From Opitutales bacterium (GTDB lineage Bacteria; Verrucomicrobiota; Verrucomicrobiia; Opitutales; PNEW01): a stretch of DNA of 64,000 bases. Below the pieces are notes generated by a model. The model saw nothing but the letters and a program-made list of their open reading frames with translations. It did no database searches and was not told where the DNA came from. Location of the stretch: positions 608,001 to 672,000 of the forward strand of contig CBDANS010000006.1 in the NCBI GenBank assembly GCA_965197745.1, read 5' to 3'. This document shows, piece by piece, positions 31,901-42,410 of the stretch. The translations under genes were made by a program, and so were the position numbers. The stretch's first letter is position 1; the number at the start of each line of letters is the position of its first letter.

Positions 31901-34900
31901 TCACTCGATTGTTATCTCTTCCACCGTAACGGTTAATTCCTCACCATCGGCGTTTACAAATGTGGCGACGATGCTTTGCGTTGGTTGTGCCGTTAGGTCA
32001 GACTTAAAATTGTTCTGCGAAATCAGGGTATCGAATCCAGGTGCTGTCGATCCGCTCGGTGCGATCACGATCGAGGCACCGTTAGACTGAGAAAGATCAC
32101 CCCCCGTGATGCGCATCCCGGGATTACCCGCGGGTATGGTAAAGGACCCATCACTAAATAAAAGGTAGGGGACTGCATCGCCACTGGCATCGATGTCACC
32201 TACGGTTAACCGCACGGCTATCGGGATTCCACTGGCATCAAATCCAATCTTACCTGAACTGCCACTAAATACCGCGTTCGAGAGTTGTACGCCACCCAAG
32301 CCTGTAGAGTTGATCACCTCTACGAGCGTGACATCAGCTTCAGCATCATAGACCTGTCCCTCGGGGAACAATGCCTGGTTCACGGCATTGATCCTTCCCA
32401 CCGTGAAGATACTGAAGAAGGTACTCGCGTCGGCTTCTTCGATCAACACGCTCGGTTTGCCTGTAACATACATTACCTCCTGGTTGTAGCGAGGCGGCGG
32501 GGCGGGGGGCAGGTAGGTGTCCGGATCTAATGTAATCGTAAATGTACCGCTGCCCGAAAATTCTACCTGTACAATGTCCTCGTCTTCATCCATGAACGAG
32601 ACCCGTGTGATCTGCCCTGGCTTGGCCTGAAGTCGGATGGACTCCCCGGTTAACAAGACCTGGTCGAACACGTTCCCGTTAGGATGCTGGATGTCCTCAC
32701 CGGCAATATCTCCCGAGCCGTCAAGCACGAGGGGTAGAGGCGGAGCCGATACGGTAATCACCGCGGTATCACTATTGGTGCTCCCTCCAGCATTGGTTAC
32801 CTCTACCCAGAAGTTGGTGCTATGGGTAAGAGCACTGATGGTGAAAGTGTTGCTCGTAGCACCGGCGATGGGACTGGCGGTATTACCGCTGTTGCCGGTA
32901 TACCATTGGTAGGTGAGATCATCGCCAATTGCTGTCACTGATAGGACAACCGCGGTACCGGACTCTACTTCCTGGCTCGCAGGTTGGGATGTGATCGAGG
33001 GAGTACTGGGACCTTCCCCGTTAATAGAATCGGTAGTGAGACTGAAGACATAAGCTGAGCCGGAATCCTCACCGTTGTCATCGTCTAACCACGCTCCGAC
33101 TACCACGGTGTCACCGCTTATATCTACCGACCCAAAAGAGTTAAAACGCGCGCCATCGCTGGCTAATAGCTTAGTTACTTGGCCCCAGTTGTCAGCACCG
33201 CCTGTGTTGCGCTCAAAAATATAAGCTGAACCGGAATCAGTTCCGTTGTCATTGTCTCCGGTAGCTCCAACCACCACCGAGTCGCCGCTGATTTCGACCC
33301 ACCCCCCAAAAATGTCACCCTCTCCGCCATCGATGGCAAGCAGTTTGGCAACCTGACCCCAGTTGTCAGCACCGCCCGCGTTTCGTTCAAAAATGTAGGC
33401 AGAGCCGGAATCAGTTCCATTGTCATCGTCCAAATCTGCGCCCACGATCAAAGTATCTCCGCTGATCACAACATGATTGCCAAACACGTCTTCTATTGCG
33501 CTGTCATTTGCAGTTAGTTTTGTAATCTGTCCCCAATTGTTATCACCCCCTAAATCGCGTTCAAATACGTAAGCAGAGCCGGAATCGAGGCCGTTGTCAT
33601 CGTCATAGAGAGCACCTACTACTGCCGTGTTGCCGCTGATCGCTACTTCCCAGCCAAATAAGTCACCTTCTGCGCCATCGCTGGCCAATAGCTTAGCGAC
33701 TTGGCCCCAATTATCGATCCCCCCTGGTCGCGTTCAAAAATGTAAGCCGAGCCAGAATCACTGCCTTTGTCATCGTTACTGTCAGCCCCGACTACTAACG
33801 TATTCCCGCTGATCGCAGTGGATTTACCAAACAAGTCACCCGGCGCACCGTCACTGGCAGTTAATTTGGTTAATTCAAGGTCAACTATATTTTCTAATAT
33901 CTCGATCACCAGGTTGTAGGAAGTGCGAGTCGCTCCATTAAAACCTAAGATACGGAGGAAGTAGATCTCACTCGTCCCCACAACCAGAGATATGTGCTCG
34001 TTGTCAGTATCAGTCCCCGAAAAAGTTACCTCGTTTAAGTCCCCATCGTAAAGAAGTAGATCTAAGTCACCTTTTTCCTGGCTGAACAAGATGCTTACAT
34101 TTAGCCTACCCTTTGCGCTTGTTGTGAGGCGGTAGTAATCTTCCTCACCATGAACATGAATCGACAGATCATTCTCTGTATATTCATTAATTATCCCCAG
34201 TTCTGTCGCTGTTTCAAAGCTGTTATTGGGTTCGAATTGATCACCTGAACCTACTAAGTTTACACCAATATCTCCCAATATTGCCAAATCCAGATCTGAT
34301 ATTTTTTCACGTCTATCAGAGAAGGCAAATTGAGCCATTAAATCAGAAAGTAGAACTTCACCAGGACGAGGTGATGAATTCCCAACGTGAGAAATAGATC
34401 CAAAAGTTAAAGGAACCGGTCCACCGTAGACCATCATTGCCATAGGCCCCGTAAAAAAGAAATTTGTCCCATCAAAGTTTATTAACTCGTCATATGTCGT
34501 TATTATGTTGTGAGCAGGGAGTTCGCCAGTGGTTTCATTTATAAAAACTGCAATTCCAAATATATGCCCAAACTCATGCAAGATAGTCGAATAAGCATCA
34601 AATGAGCCAAACGGAATGCTATCCGTGCGTTCAGTAGGATTTGGATCAAACCATAATTCTCCATTGGTTAATGAATTTATACTAATTGTAATAAACCCGT
34701 CTGGTCTAGTTTCATTAAGGTCAATCCCAGTTCTTATTTCAAAGATCGAATTTGGTTCAACATTGATACGCGTGCCATCATTGCGAACAAAAGCGCTATT
34801 GGCAGCACCACCTGTTGCTAACAGGTCTGTCTCAAATTTATTGAATGCAACTTCAATTTCAATTGAGGGTTCCCCTTCAACCTCAAAATACTGAACCCAA

Positions 34901-35097
34901 TCATTCGCAGCAGCTAGAGTATGGGATTCGATAACTGAATAAAATGCAGAAAATTCTGCTCCCGGATCATTAAAGGAGACCGAGAATGTTACCTGTCCTT
35001 TAGCATTTTGAGGAAATGAAATTAATAAGAAAGCTAATGAGCAGATAAAAAGAATACCGGCTAAATGGGCTTTTTTATTATTCTGACAACACCCCAT
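31901..35097 (-). CDS. large secreted protein: HExxH metallopeptidase-like, PPC-like, FG-GAP repeats, Ig and conserved C-terminal domain; 1-bp frameshift near 33720
   Basis: HEFGH; DQFEPNN..DYY; repeated ASDG..D.FG..VAISG.T.VVGA..DD.G.DSGSAY.FER units continue across ORFs 33643..35097 and 31901..33688; ITSQP..YQWY. Confidence 0.85.
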
Positions 35098-35333
35098 CTT
35101 GTCACTCTAGTTATTTCGGTAATGAAGATAATGGGGATGTGTTAAAATGTTTCCATTCTCTATTATTAGAGAACGCATTAAGATTTATTAATGCACCTTC
35201 GAATAAAAAAATAAAGACCCTAACCATACTAACGACTTATATATATTATTAGTATTGCTAAAATGTTAAATTGCAACCCATACTAGATTAACAAACGTTA
35301 AGACATTAAATTTATACTTGAAACGCACATAAA

Positions 35334-35882
35334 ATGAGCCGCTGGTGGGTTGTCATTGTTGTATTATTTTTTGTTGGCACTGTATTGGGGAAAGAAAATG
35401 ACCCACTATTCGATTTAAAAGTGCGCGCTGAAAAAGGAGATGCAGAAGCGCAATATAACCTTGGCGGGTGGTATTTAGAAAGACAGGGAGTAGCTAATTA
35501 TCCGGAAGCTTTCAAATGGATCAATAAAGCAGCTGAACAAGGGCATCCTGGAGCTCAAACTAACCTAGGTTTCATGTACGCCCAGGGTCTCGGAGTAAAA
35601 CGTGATAATATAGAGGCAAGCAACTGGTATAGCCAGTCAGCCGAGCAGGGATTACTTAAAGCACAGTACGGACTTGGTTTAATGTATGCTAACGGCCAAG
35701 GGGTAAAGCAGGATTACATCGAAGCTTATAAGTGGCTACGAATCGCAGCAACAGCGGGAGATAATTCAAGTTCAAGGGTTTTAAGTAACCTTAATTCCTC
35801 TATGACCACATCGCAAATTACCGAAGCTGAACAAAGAGCTGCGACATGGCTGGCTAAACAAAAAAAACAGTCGCTTAAGTAG
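35334..35882 (+). CDS. secreted Sel1-like repeat protein
   Basis: AEKGDAEAQYNLG, AAEQG..AQ..LG.MY..G.GV.QD. Confidence 0.93.
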   Translation: MSRWWVVIVVLFFVGTVLGKENDPLFDLKVRAEKGDAEAQYNLGGWYLERQGVANYPEAFKWINKAAEQGHPGAQTNLGFMYAQGLGVKRDNIEASNWYSQSAEQGLLKAQYGLGLMYANGQGVKQDYIEAYKWLRIAATAGDNSSSRVLSNLNSSMTTSQITEAEQRAATWLAKQKKQSLK

Positions 35883-35912
35883 GAAAACTCCAATTTTTGT
35901 ATTAATTCAAAT

Positions 35913-37291
35913 GTGAACACTATTTTAAGCATGAAACATTGGCTATCGATTATTGTTTTTCTTACTCTGGTCATAGTTGGATGTGGAACAAAGGATGACC
36001 CCTTAAGGGAATTAAAAGCACAAGCAGAAAAGGGTGATGCCGAAGCCCAATTACTCCTGGGATTGAAATATGAATATGGGGATGGCGTAACCAAGAATTA
36101 TCCTGAAGCACTTAAGTGGGTTCGTGCGGCCGCTGAACAAGGATACGTTAAAGCCCAAAACGAACTTGATTTAAAATATTACCTGGGTCGTGGTGTAATG
36201 CTGGATTATGAAAAGGCCGTGATGTGGTATAAAAAGGCAGCCGAACAAGGGTACTCTGAAGCTCAATCCAACCTGGGCGTTATGTATTCCATGGGTGACG
36301 GTGTGAAGCAGGATTACGATGAAGCGAGTAAATGGTATCGCTGGGCGACCGGTCAAGGACCGGTTGAAGATCAGGACGTACTTGATGAGCGTTATGGTAT
36401 TGACCAGGGGGTAGTGCGAAATGATTCCGGGTATGTCAATCAACCCCGTAATTCGGATGATCAGGATTTTGATGAGTTGCTCGAGTCGGCTGAAAGCGGA
36501 AACGCTGTCGCACAATACGATGTTGGAGTAAAGTATTTAAAAGGCCAGGATGTAGATCAGGATTTTACCGAGGCTTTTAACTGGTTTAAAAATCGGCTCG
36601 GTTTAGAGCGGGCCAACCGCTGGTCAGACATGGGATTGAGGACGATGTATATCGGAGATTAACCGAAAAAGGATTCGCACCCGCTCAATTCAATCTCGGA
36701 TTGATGTATGCCAAAGGTCAGGGGGTGGAACAGGATGATGCCATGGCATTTAAATGGATTCAGAAAGCGGCCGAGCAGGAAATCGCTTTACCCCAGTATA
36801 AATATATACTTGGAAACATGTTTTATAGAGGCCAAGGAGTAAAACAAAATTACGCCAAGGCATTAAAGTGGTATCGCAGGGCAGCAGAGCATAGTGACAA
36901 GAGCATATACGACAATGTGTATGAAACAGATTTTACGCAAAATGATGCCAAACTGATCAGGAAGGATCGGAATAAAATAACTGTTAATCGAGGAGACGCC
37001 AGAGCTCAAAATAAACTGGGGGTGATGTATTATAAGGGTCAGGGGACCAGCCAGAATTTTAAAAAGGCCGCAAAGTGGTTTCGCGCCGCAGCTGAACAGG
37101 GGCACGTTGATGCACAATATTTTCTTGGATTAATGTATGATCACGGCCAAGGGGTTGAGAAAGACTTTGATGAAGCACACACGTGGATTCGTAAAGCAGC
37201 CAGGCAAGGACATGAAGCCGCACTGATTTGGACTAACAAGGTAAGTGAACAAAAAGAAGCCCAAACTCAAATGAACATTGAGAACAAGTAA
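35913..37291 (+). CDS. Sel1-like repeat lipoprotein; 1-bp frameshift in the A run at ~36590
   Basis: Lipobox-like IVGC; adding one A joins ORFs 35913..36662 and 36701..37291 with no stop. Confidence 0.85.
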
Positions 37292-37430
37292 CAAAATATA
37301 AGCAAAAAATGGAGCAAAAATCTATAGAGTATAGCAGGTGACCCTGCAGTGATTGCACCGCGTCTGTCTCGAGAAGAGGATGAAGGAGCCGGTGTTACAA
37401 ATAGATAATAGGGGTATGTTACGTTTAATC

Positions 37431-38216
37431 CTAATGAACCAAGAATAATTGATTGCGCACCCCCGATTCCAGGTGTTGGGGACTCGAATAATGAAGGACG
37501 GGGTGCCTGGCCCCCTCAATCGTAACCGGCAATCGCATGGCGTACTCGGCGTAATCCCAACGGTTATAGACGATGTAGGCTTGCCTGAACAGCGCGACCT
37601 CAAGGTCATGTTCGATAGAAAAATCAGGGAGGAGGATGGGCCCGGTATCAATTTGCCAAGTATCGTGTTCGTGCCGCACATTCATCACGGTCACCGGGTA
37701 CTCGGCCACCACTTCCATTTCACTATCGCTCTTCAGGGCCGCAAAACGCGTCCTTCCGAGAATAGTCTTATTCCCGACCATGGCGTCATGGACTTCCTCA
37801 TAGCTTGTCATTTCCACCACATGGTTGAAATGGCGGAGGTAACCCTTCATTTCTGTGATCTTTGATCGTTTACCGTATTGAGATTTTACAGCGTCACCTA
37901 CAGTAAAGACCATTCGTTCAAAGCCGGGAGAATCTTCAAAATGCTTGATGTACATAAATTGCCCTTCATTACAAAAAACAGCGTGAAACTCCGCGGTGGG
38001 TTTATGTATTAAATTTCTTTCCACATACATCTGCTCGGCCGCGCAGGGATGAGTTAAAAAAAACTCCCTGAATTTTTCTCCCGGTCCACGAATTTTACAG
38101 CTGGCATGCAGCGCGCAGCGCGGGGTGTGGTCCATGTCGGGTCGCGTCCATTGAACAAATGAATTGACGTAATCGTAATTCAACAGGGTATCATAACTGG
38201 TGTCGAATGTACCCAT
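37431..38216 (-). CDS. hypothetical protein
   Basis: 261-aa ORF, no recognised motif. Confidence 0.65.
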   Translation of the reverse strand: MGTFDTSYDTLLNYDYVNSFVQWTRPDMDHTPRCALHASCKIRGPGEKFREFFLTHPCAAEQMYVERNLIHKPTAEFHAVFCNEGQFMYIKHFEDSPGFERMVFTVGDAVKSQYGKRSKITEMKGYLRHFNHVVEMTSYEEVHDAMVGNKTILGRTRFAALKSDSEMEVVAEYPVTVMNVRHEHDTWQIDTGPILLPDFSIEHDLEVALFRQAYIVYNRWDYAEYAMRLPVTIEGARHPVLHYSSPQHLESGVRNQLFLVH

Positions 38217-38304
38217 GGTCTTACTCTCTTTTTTGCCCGGTTCAGGATCAGTTAATAATAGAATTTAGGACGATGACGAAGAGATAGACGAATATTATCA
38301 TATG

Positions 38305-39114
38305 TCAGCGAGGATAACCCTGCCACCATACTTCGGTATAGGCGATTTGCAGACCGGACCGTAGCATATTACGAAAACTGGGTGTTCCGAAGTCCGCGGC
38401 ACCAACGATGTACTGGCATCCCATTTCCTCCGCCAGTCTTATGCGCCGATTGATCAGCGCGGCATGACAACCCTTACCTCTAAATGACGGTCGGGTTTGA
38501 GCGCCGGATAAAAGGGCGAACTTATCACTGACATACAGATTTCCCGTCGCTGCCGGTTTCCCCTTCAAGGTCGCGAGATACCAGTGCGTGTCAGGTAAAT
38601 CGAGATATATCCGCAGGCGAGGTTGCAAACGTTTCCACCCTTTTTCAGGAACACCCGAACCTTCAAGGGAGGTTTCAACAGCCCGGTCCAGGGTGTTCAC
38701 ACTGACCCGGTAGACTTTTACCCCGGGCGTTTTCGTTAAACGCGCGCGCGAGGGACGACCAATGAACTTCGTGTGGTACCCCGCAGGTTGTAATCCATGT
38801 TTGAGAAGGTACTGTGAGACTTTATCTGAAAAATCCCGGGGGTTTAAGGTGATCCAAAAATAAGCATTATAACGCTTATAGAAGTTATGGATTCGCGGCA
38901 GACAATCTATGGATTCCGTTCTCAGATTGAAGACGTGATTAAAGTGGGCATCTTCGGGATAGAGAGTAGCGGTAACATCACCGAAAGTCTTAACATGAAT
39001 GTTATAGGGGTTGCCAGGCAAAGCCTCGCAGGCCGTCAGGTAAGAGACATAATCTTCTGTGTAGATCGTGTCGATGGCCCTAAATAACGTATCATTCAAG
39101 ACCACGGTGCTCAT
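38305..39114 (-). CDS. GNAT acetyltransferase (C-terminal domain)
   Basis: TRPSFRGKGCHAALINRR, SFRNMLRSG. Confidence 0.85.
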   Translation of the reverse strand: MSTVVLNDTLFRAIDTIYTEDYVSYLTACEALPGNPYNIHVKTFGDVTATLYPEDAHFNHVFNLRTESIDCLPRIHNFYKRYNAYFWITLNPRDFSDKVSQYLLKHGLQPAGYHTKFIGRPSRARLTKTPGVKVYRVSVNTLDRAVETSLEGSGVPEKGWKRLQPRLRIYLDLPDTHWYLATLKGKPAATGNLYVSDKFALLSGAQTRPSFRGKGCHAALINRRIRLAEEMGCQYIVGAADFGTPSFRNMLRSGLQIAYTEVWWQGYPR

Positions 39115-39253
39115 AATTCATTCATTAATAGGCATACGGTTAATACGGTGCAATATTAATTCATAGAAGGAGCAAAAGAGGTCATGCAGTTTGACTGAGG
39201 CAACCCTTTGGCTTGAGGTCATCAGTAGCTCCTCGCCTGGAATGAAAGATGTC

Positions 39254-39293
39254 CATCCGTCGTCCCGCAAGAGCGGGACTATGGACGACAGGC
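39254..39293 (-). repeat. palindromic mini-element GCCTGTC..CCRTAGTCC-hairpin-GGAC
   Basis: Related copy at 40668..40716. Confidence 0.65.
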
Positions 39294-39502
39294 GGACTCT
39301 GCCCTCAGTATCTTCGTCACCCGCAATTGCGGGTTTCTCGCCATGAACAAGAGAAGGAGGTAACACGGACACGGGCTAACGGCGCTTCCTGATTACCTGA
39401 TATATCTTGCTCACGATCAGCCCGTGCTTAAATAAATAAAAAATAGGGTCGTATAATTCTGGATTAATTACTATATTATACCCTTAACCCAAGGATATTA
39501 TT

Positions 39503-40534
39503 ATGGCTATAAAACAAATTCCAGCACTTGATCAAATACTACAGGAGGGCGTCGATAATCACGCTCAAAACATTTATCTTATTCCCGATGAACCCGTGAC
39601 ATACCGTGTAAGTGGTAAAATCACCCGGTCTGATTCTAAACCCATTACGGCCACGCATATAGAAAGCATTGCCACAGCTGCGGTCGGTGAAGCGGCCATG
39701 GCTTCAATAGGAACGAAATCCAGCGAAGCTCAAACCTTCTGTTCCTTGCCGGGTGATATCGATGGACGGTTGACCGTAGGTCGAGCGGGTGGCGATTACA
39801 CGGTAACGATAGTGACGCATTCCGGATCGCTTCCTTCTCAACAGGACGCGCGAATCCCGGCCGCATTACTCCAGGCAACTGAGAATTCCATGGATGGAAT
39901 CATCATCATCTCGGGGCCGACAGGATCCGCGAAACATACTATTGGAAAATGCCTGCTTGACCACGTCAACGCCACAAAGGGTATACACATTTATACGGTC
40001 GAAGAGGAGACTCTTTTCTTTCGCCTGACTCCCAAAAAATCCATTGTCCAGCAGCGTGAAGTTGGGCTCGATGTTCCGGATATAATTTCCGGCGTCAGAG
40101 CAGCTTTGCCTTTAGACGCTGATATTATATACATTCAATCGGTCAAAACCGCGGATGAAATAGACGTGGCGCTTACCGCTGCTGAAATGGGTTTACTCGT
40201 CATAATCGTAATGCACGGGACATCAGCCCATGACGTCATTCAGGATTTGAATGATTTTCATGACAGCGAAACCCAAAAGATATTTCGTAAACGGTTCGCG
40301 CGCGCCTTACGCGCTATTTCCAATAATCGCCTCATACCGGAAAAAGCGGCAAATAGGAGGACCCCCGACGATGAACTTCGGCGCTCTATAATTAATGGTG
40401 ACGATCTGACTAAACGCACCTCAGCACTCCCGGAGGGCACTCAGAAAATGTCTGACGATATCAATAAATTGCTCGATGAGGGTATTGTTTCCAAAGAAGC
40501 TGCCAGCGAAGTATTAAAAAATATTAAGGAATAG
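39503..40534 (+). CDS. PilT/PilU-like secretion-ATPase homologue with degenerate motifs
   Basis: IISGPTGSAKHT, HIYTVEE, QQREVGLD, AAEMGLLVIIVMH. Confidence 0.8.
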   Translation: MAIKQIPALDQILQEGVDNHAQNIYLIPDEPVTYRVSGKITRSDSKPITATHIESIATAAVGEAAMASIGTKSSEAQTFCSLPGDIDGRLTVGRAGGDYTVTIVTHSGSLPSQQDARIPAALLQATENSMDGIIIISGPTGSAKHTIGKCLLDHVNATKGIHIYTVEEETLFFRLTPKKSIVQQREVGLDVPDIISGVRAALPLDADIIYIQSVKTADEIDVALTAAEMGLLVIIVMHGTSAHDVIQDLNDFHDSETQKIFRKRFARALRAISNNRLIPEKAANRRTPDDELRRSIINGDDLTKRTSALPEGTQKMSDDINKLLDEGIVSKEAASEVLKNIKE

Positions 40535-40539
40535 ATGCG

Positions 40540-40925
40540 GTAACGCGGGGATGCGTTAATGTGTCAATGTGTGTATGTGTAAACGCGGAAATGCTGAGGT
40601 GAAATAATGGTGGGATGCGACGGAGCGCGTTTCATCTATTCATTACCGAACACCTAGCGGCTATGATCTGCCTTTGTCCCGTACCGCAGTCGCGGAAGGA
40701 CTACGGCATGACAGGCATCGCATGGCCCTCCATTATTTTTTATTTATAATATTTCTTTGGTATATAAAATAAAAGATTAAGAAGCGTGCTTGGGACGGCC
40801 CGCTCCACCACTTATTTATATTTATACTATGGTGAGGTGGAACGCGGTGTCCCTACCGCGTTATCGGTTATTCATTAATATATGTAGAGATGCGTGAATG
40901 CGTGAATGTTGTAACGCCATTCGTG
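40540..40925. repeat. cluster of REP-like hairpins and short imperfect tandem repeats
   Basis: GGTGGAACGCGG..CCGCGTT, GGCTATG..CATGGCCCTCC, ATGCGTGAATGCGTGAATG; related GGACGCGACGACGCGCGTCCCTCC at 42378..42401. Confidence 0.6.
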
Positions 40926-40928
40926 CGG

Positions 40929-41267
40929 CTATTCCTTCAGGGCGAGATGAACCATGAGTTTGATCCGGGGATTAACTCCATCGAGCACACAACGCAATCG
41001 CAGCCAGCTTCCAAAATTGTTTAATTCACAGGCATATAGCGTCTCTTCAGAAACAGCTATGGGCTCAGTCTCACCCTTGTCGCACCAGAAGAGGCCGTCG
41101 GGTGAAATCTGAGGAAAAATTTTCATCGTCGGCCCCGCCTCCAGGTCGATTACGCGAACGAACCATGTCACCTCACTCGCCCATCCACATTCATACGGTT
41201 CCGTATCGAAACTTTCCGTATAAGTTTCGTTCTGCTCCAGGGTAGCGGTATGCGAGCGTCTAAGCAT
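40929..41267 (-). CDS. hypothetical protein (DUF6385-like)
   Basis: TEPYECGWASE, QISPDG..WCD, FGSWLR; family recalled from memory. Confidence 0.65.
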   Translation of the reverse strand: MLRRSHTATLEQNETYTESFDTEPYECGWASEVTWFVRVIDLEAGPTMKIFPQISPDGLFWCDKGETEPIAVSEETLYACELNNFGSWLRLRCVLDGVNPRIKLMVHLALKE

Positions 41268-41330
41268 GGTAATCGGGATAAGGGGTAATTACATGAAGTG
41301 AAATTTATTAAAGATCAATGTGCCGGCGAG

Positions 41331-42235
41331 TTACCAGTCCACCGATACGAGCACTGAATCAAAATAAAGGAAATTGCGCACAGGTAAGTGGGTTCTCACG
41401 TCGAAGAAGAAATTGAGGAGACGGTCGCATGAGTAATAAGTCTCATCATAAGCGGGGACCGGAATGTCCCTCAGATCCATCACGCGATCATTTATCTGAA
41501 GCTCGACGTTCCGTCGTTTTTCCAGGTCGAACTGCCAGCGGAGGTAATGCCAGTTTATTTTGGTCGGCACTTCATTATTACAGAGCGCGAAATCACCACC
41601 CAGGACTTCCTTCCAATCATCGGGACTCTGGGCGTGAAGGTCTTTCGGAACAGGAGCGCCATCAATCTGCATTTTCGTGGTAACCTGAACGGATGTCTTG
41701 TAGAACCACTTGCGCACATAGTTACCCTCGGGGTCTGTATTGACATAGCGGAGTGAACAGAAGTAGCGCTTCCCATCGGGGCCTTCGTTTATATCATTGC
41801 CGAGGGTGAAATCACCGAACATCGCCTCGGTTGGATGGTAATTTCCGTCAAACGGTAAGGATCCCTTCAAGGTATCGTCAAGTACCGCTTCTGCTTTATA
41901 AGTGAAATAAGTTTCCAGTTGGACGAGTCTTCGCCTGGCAAAAGTCATCCGTTTGATTAAAACACAGGAGTGGTTGGGCCGCGGCCGTGTGGCTAATTTA
42001 AGAGCGTACTCACCGCCTACACTCCCATGGGTGCCAATGTCAAAAAAGTGCAGTTACTCAACTGTGCCGGTCGCAAGTCGCGAAACATCGGTTTAATATC
42101 ATCGAGACTGTTCTCGTAATTACCGATCAATGTGCACCATCCATTAATTCCCTCATCGAAGTCATCAAAAAAGAGAATCCTTTTAAGCGGATTGTACTTG
42201 CTCAGTCGCGGATCGGCATAGGCGTGACTGTTCAT
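41331..42235 (-). CDS. hypothetical protein (DUF6772-like), 1-bp frameshift in a T run near 42045
   Basis: Adding one T gives CTFFDIGTHGSVGGEYALKLATRP, joining ORFs 42017..42235 and 41331..41948. Confidence 0.7.
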
Positions 42236-42410
42236 ATAAATGAGATTGTTATTTATTCAGTATAATTGTGCAAGCAATTATGCGTGGCTCGCAACCGGAC
42301 ATGTATAATGGGGCTCTCCTTTTGACTTCTGTCACCCCTCTTAAACGCTTACATGCATTTTCACATAAATCCTCGGCGGACGCGACGACGCGCGTCCCTC
42401 CATTATTTTA

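Noticed and set aside
33040..33870. DNA repeats of ~170 bp
   Set aside because: Explained by coding FG-GAP repeats
39369..39426. SRP RNA or riboswitch
   Set aside because: TCAGGTAATCAGGAAGC only loosely resembles SRP domain IV and lacks the GGAA tetraloop stem; no full riboswitch consensus found
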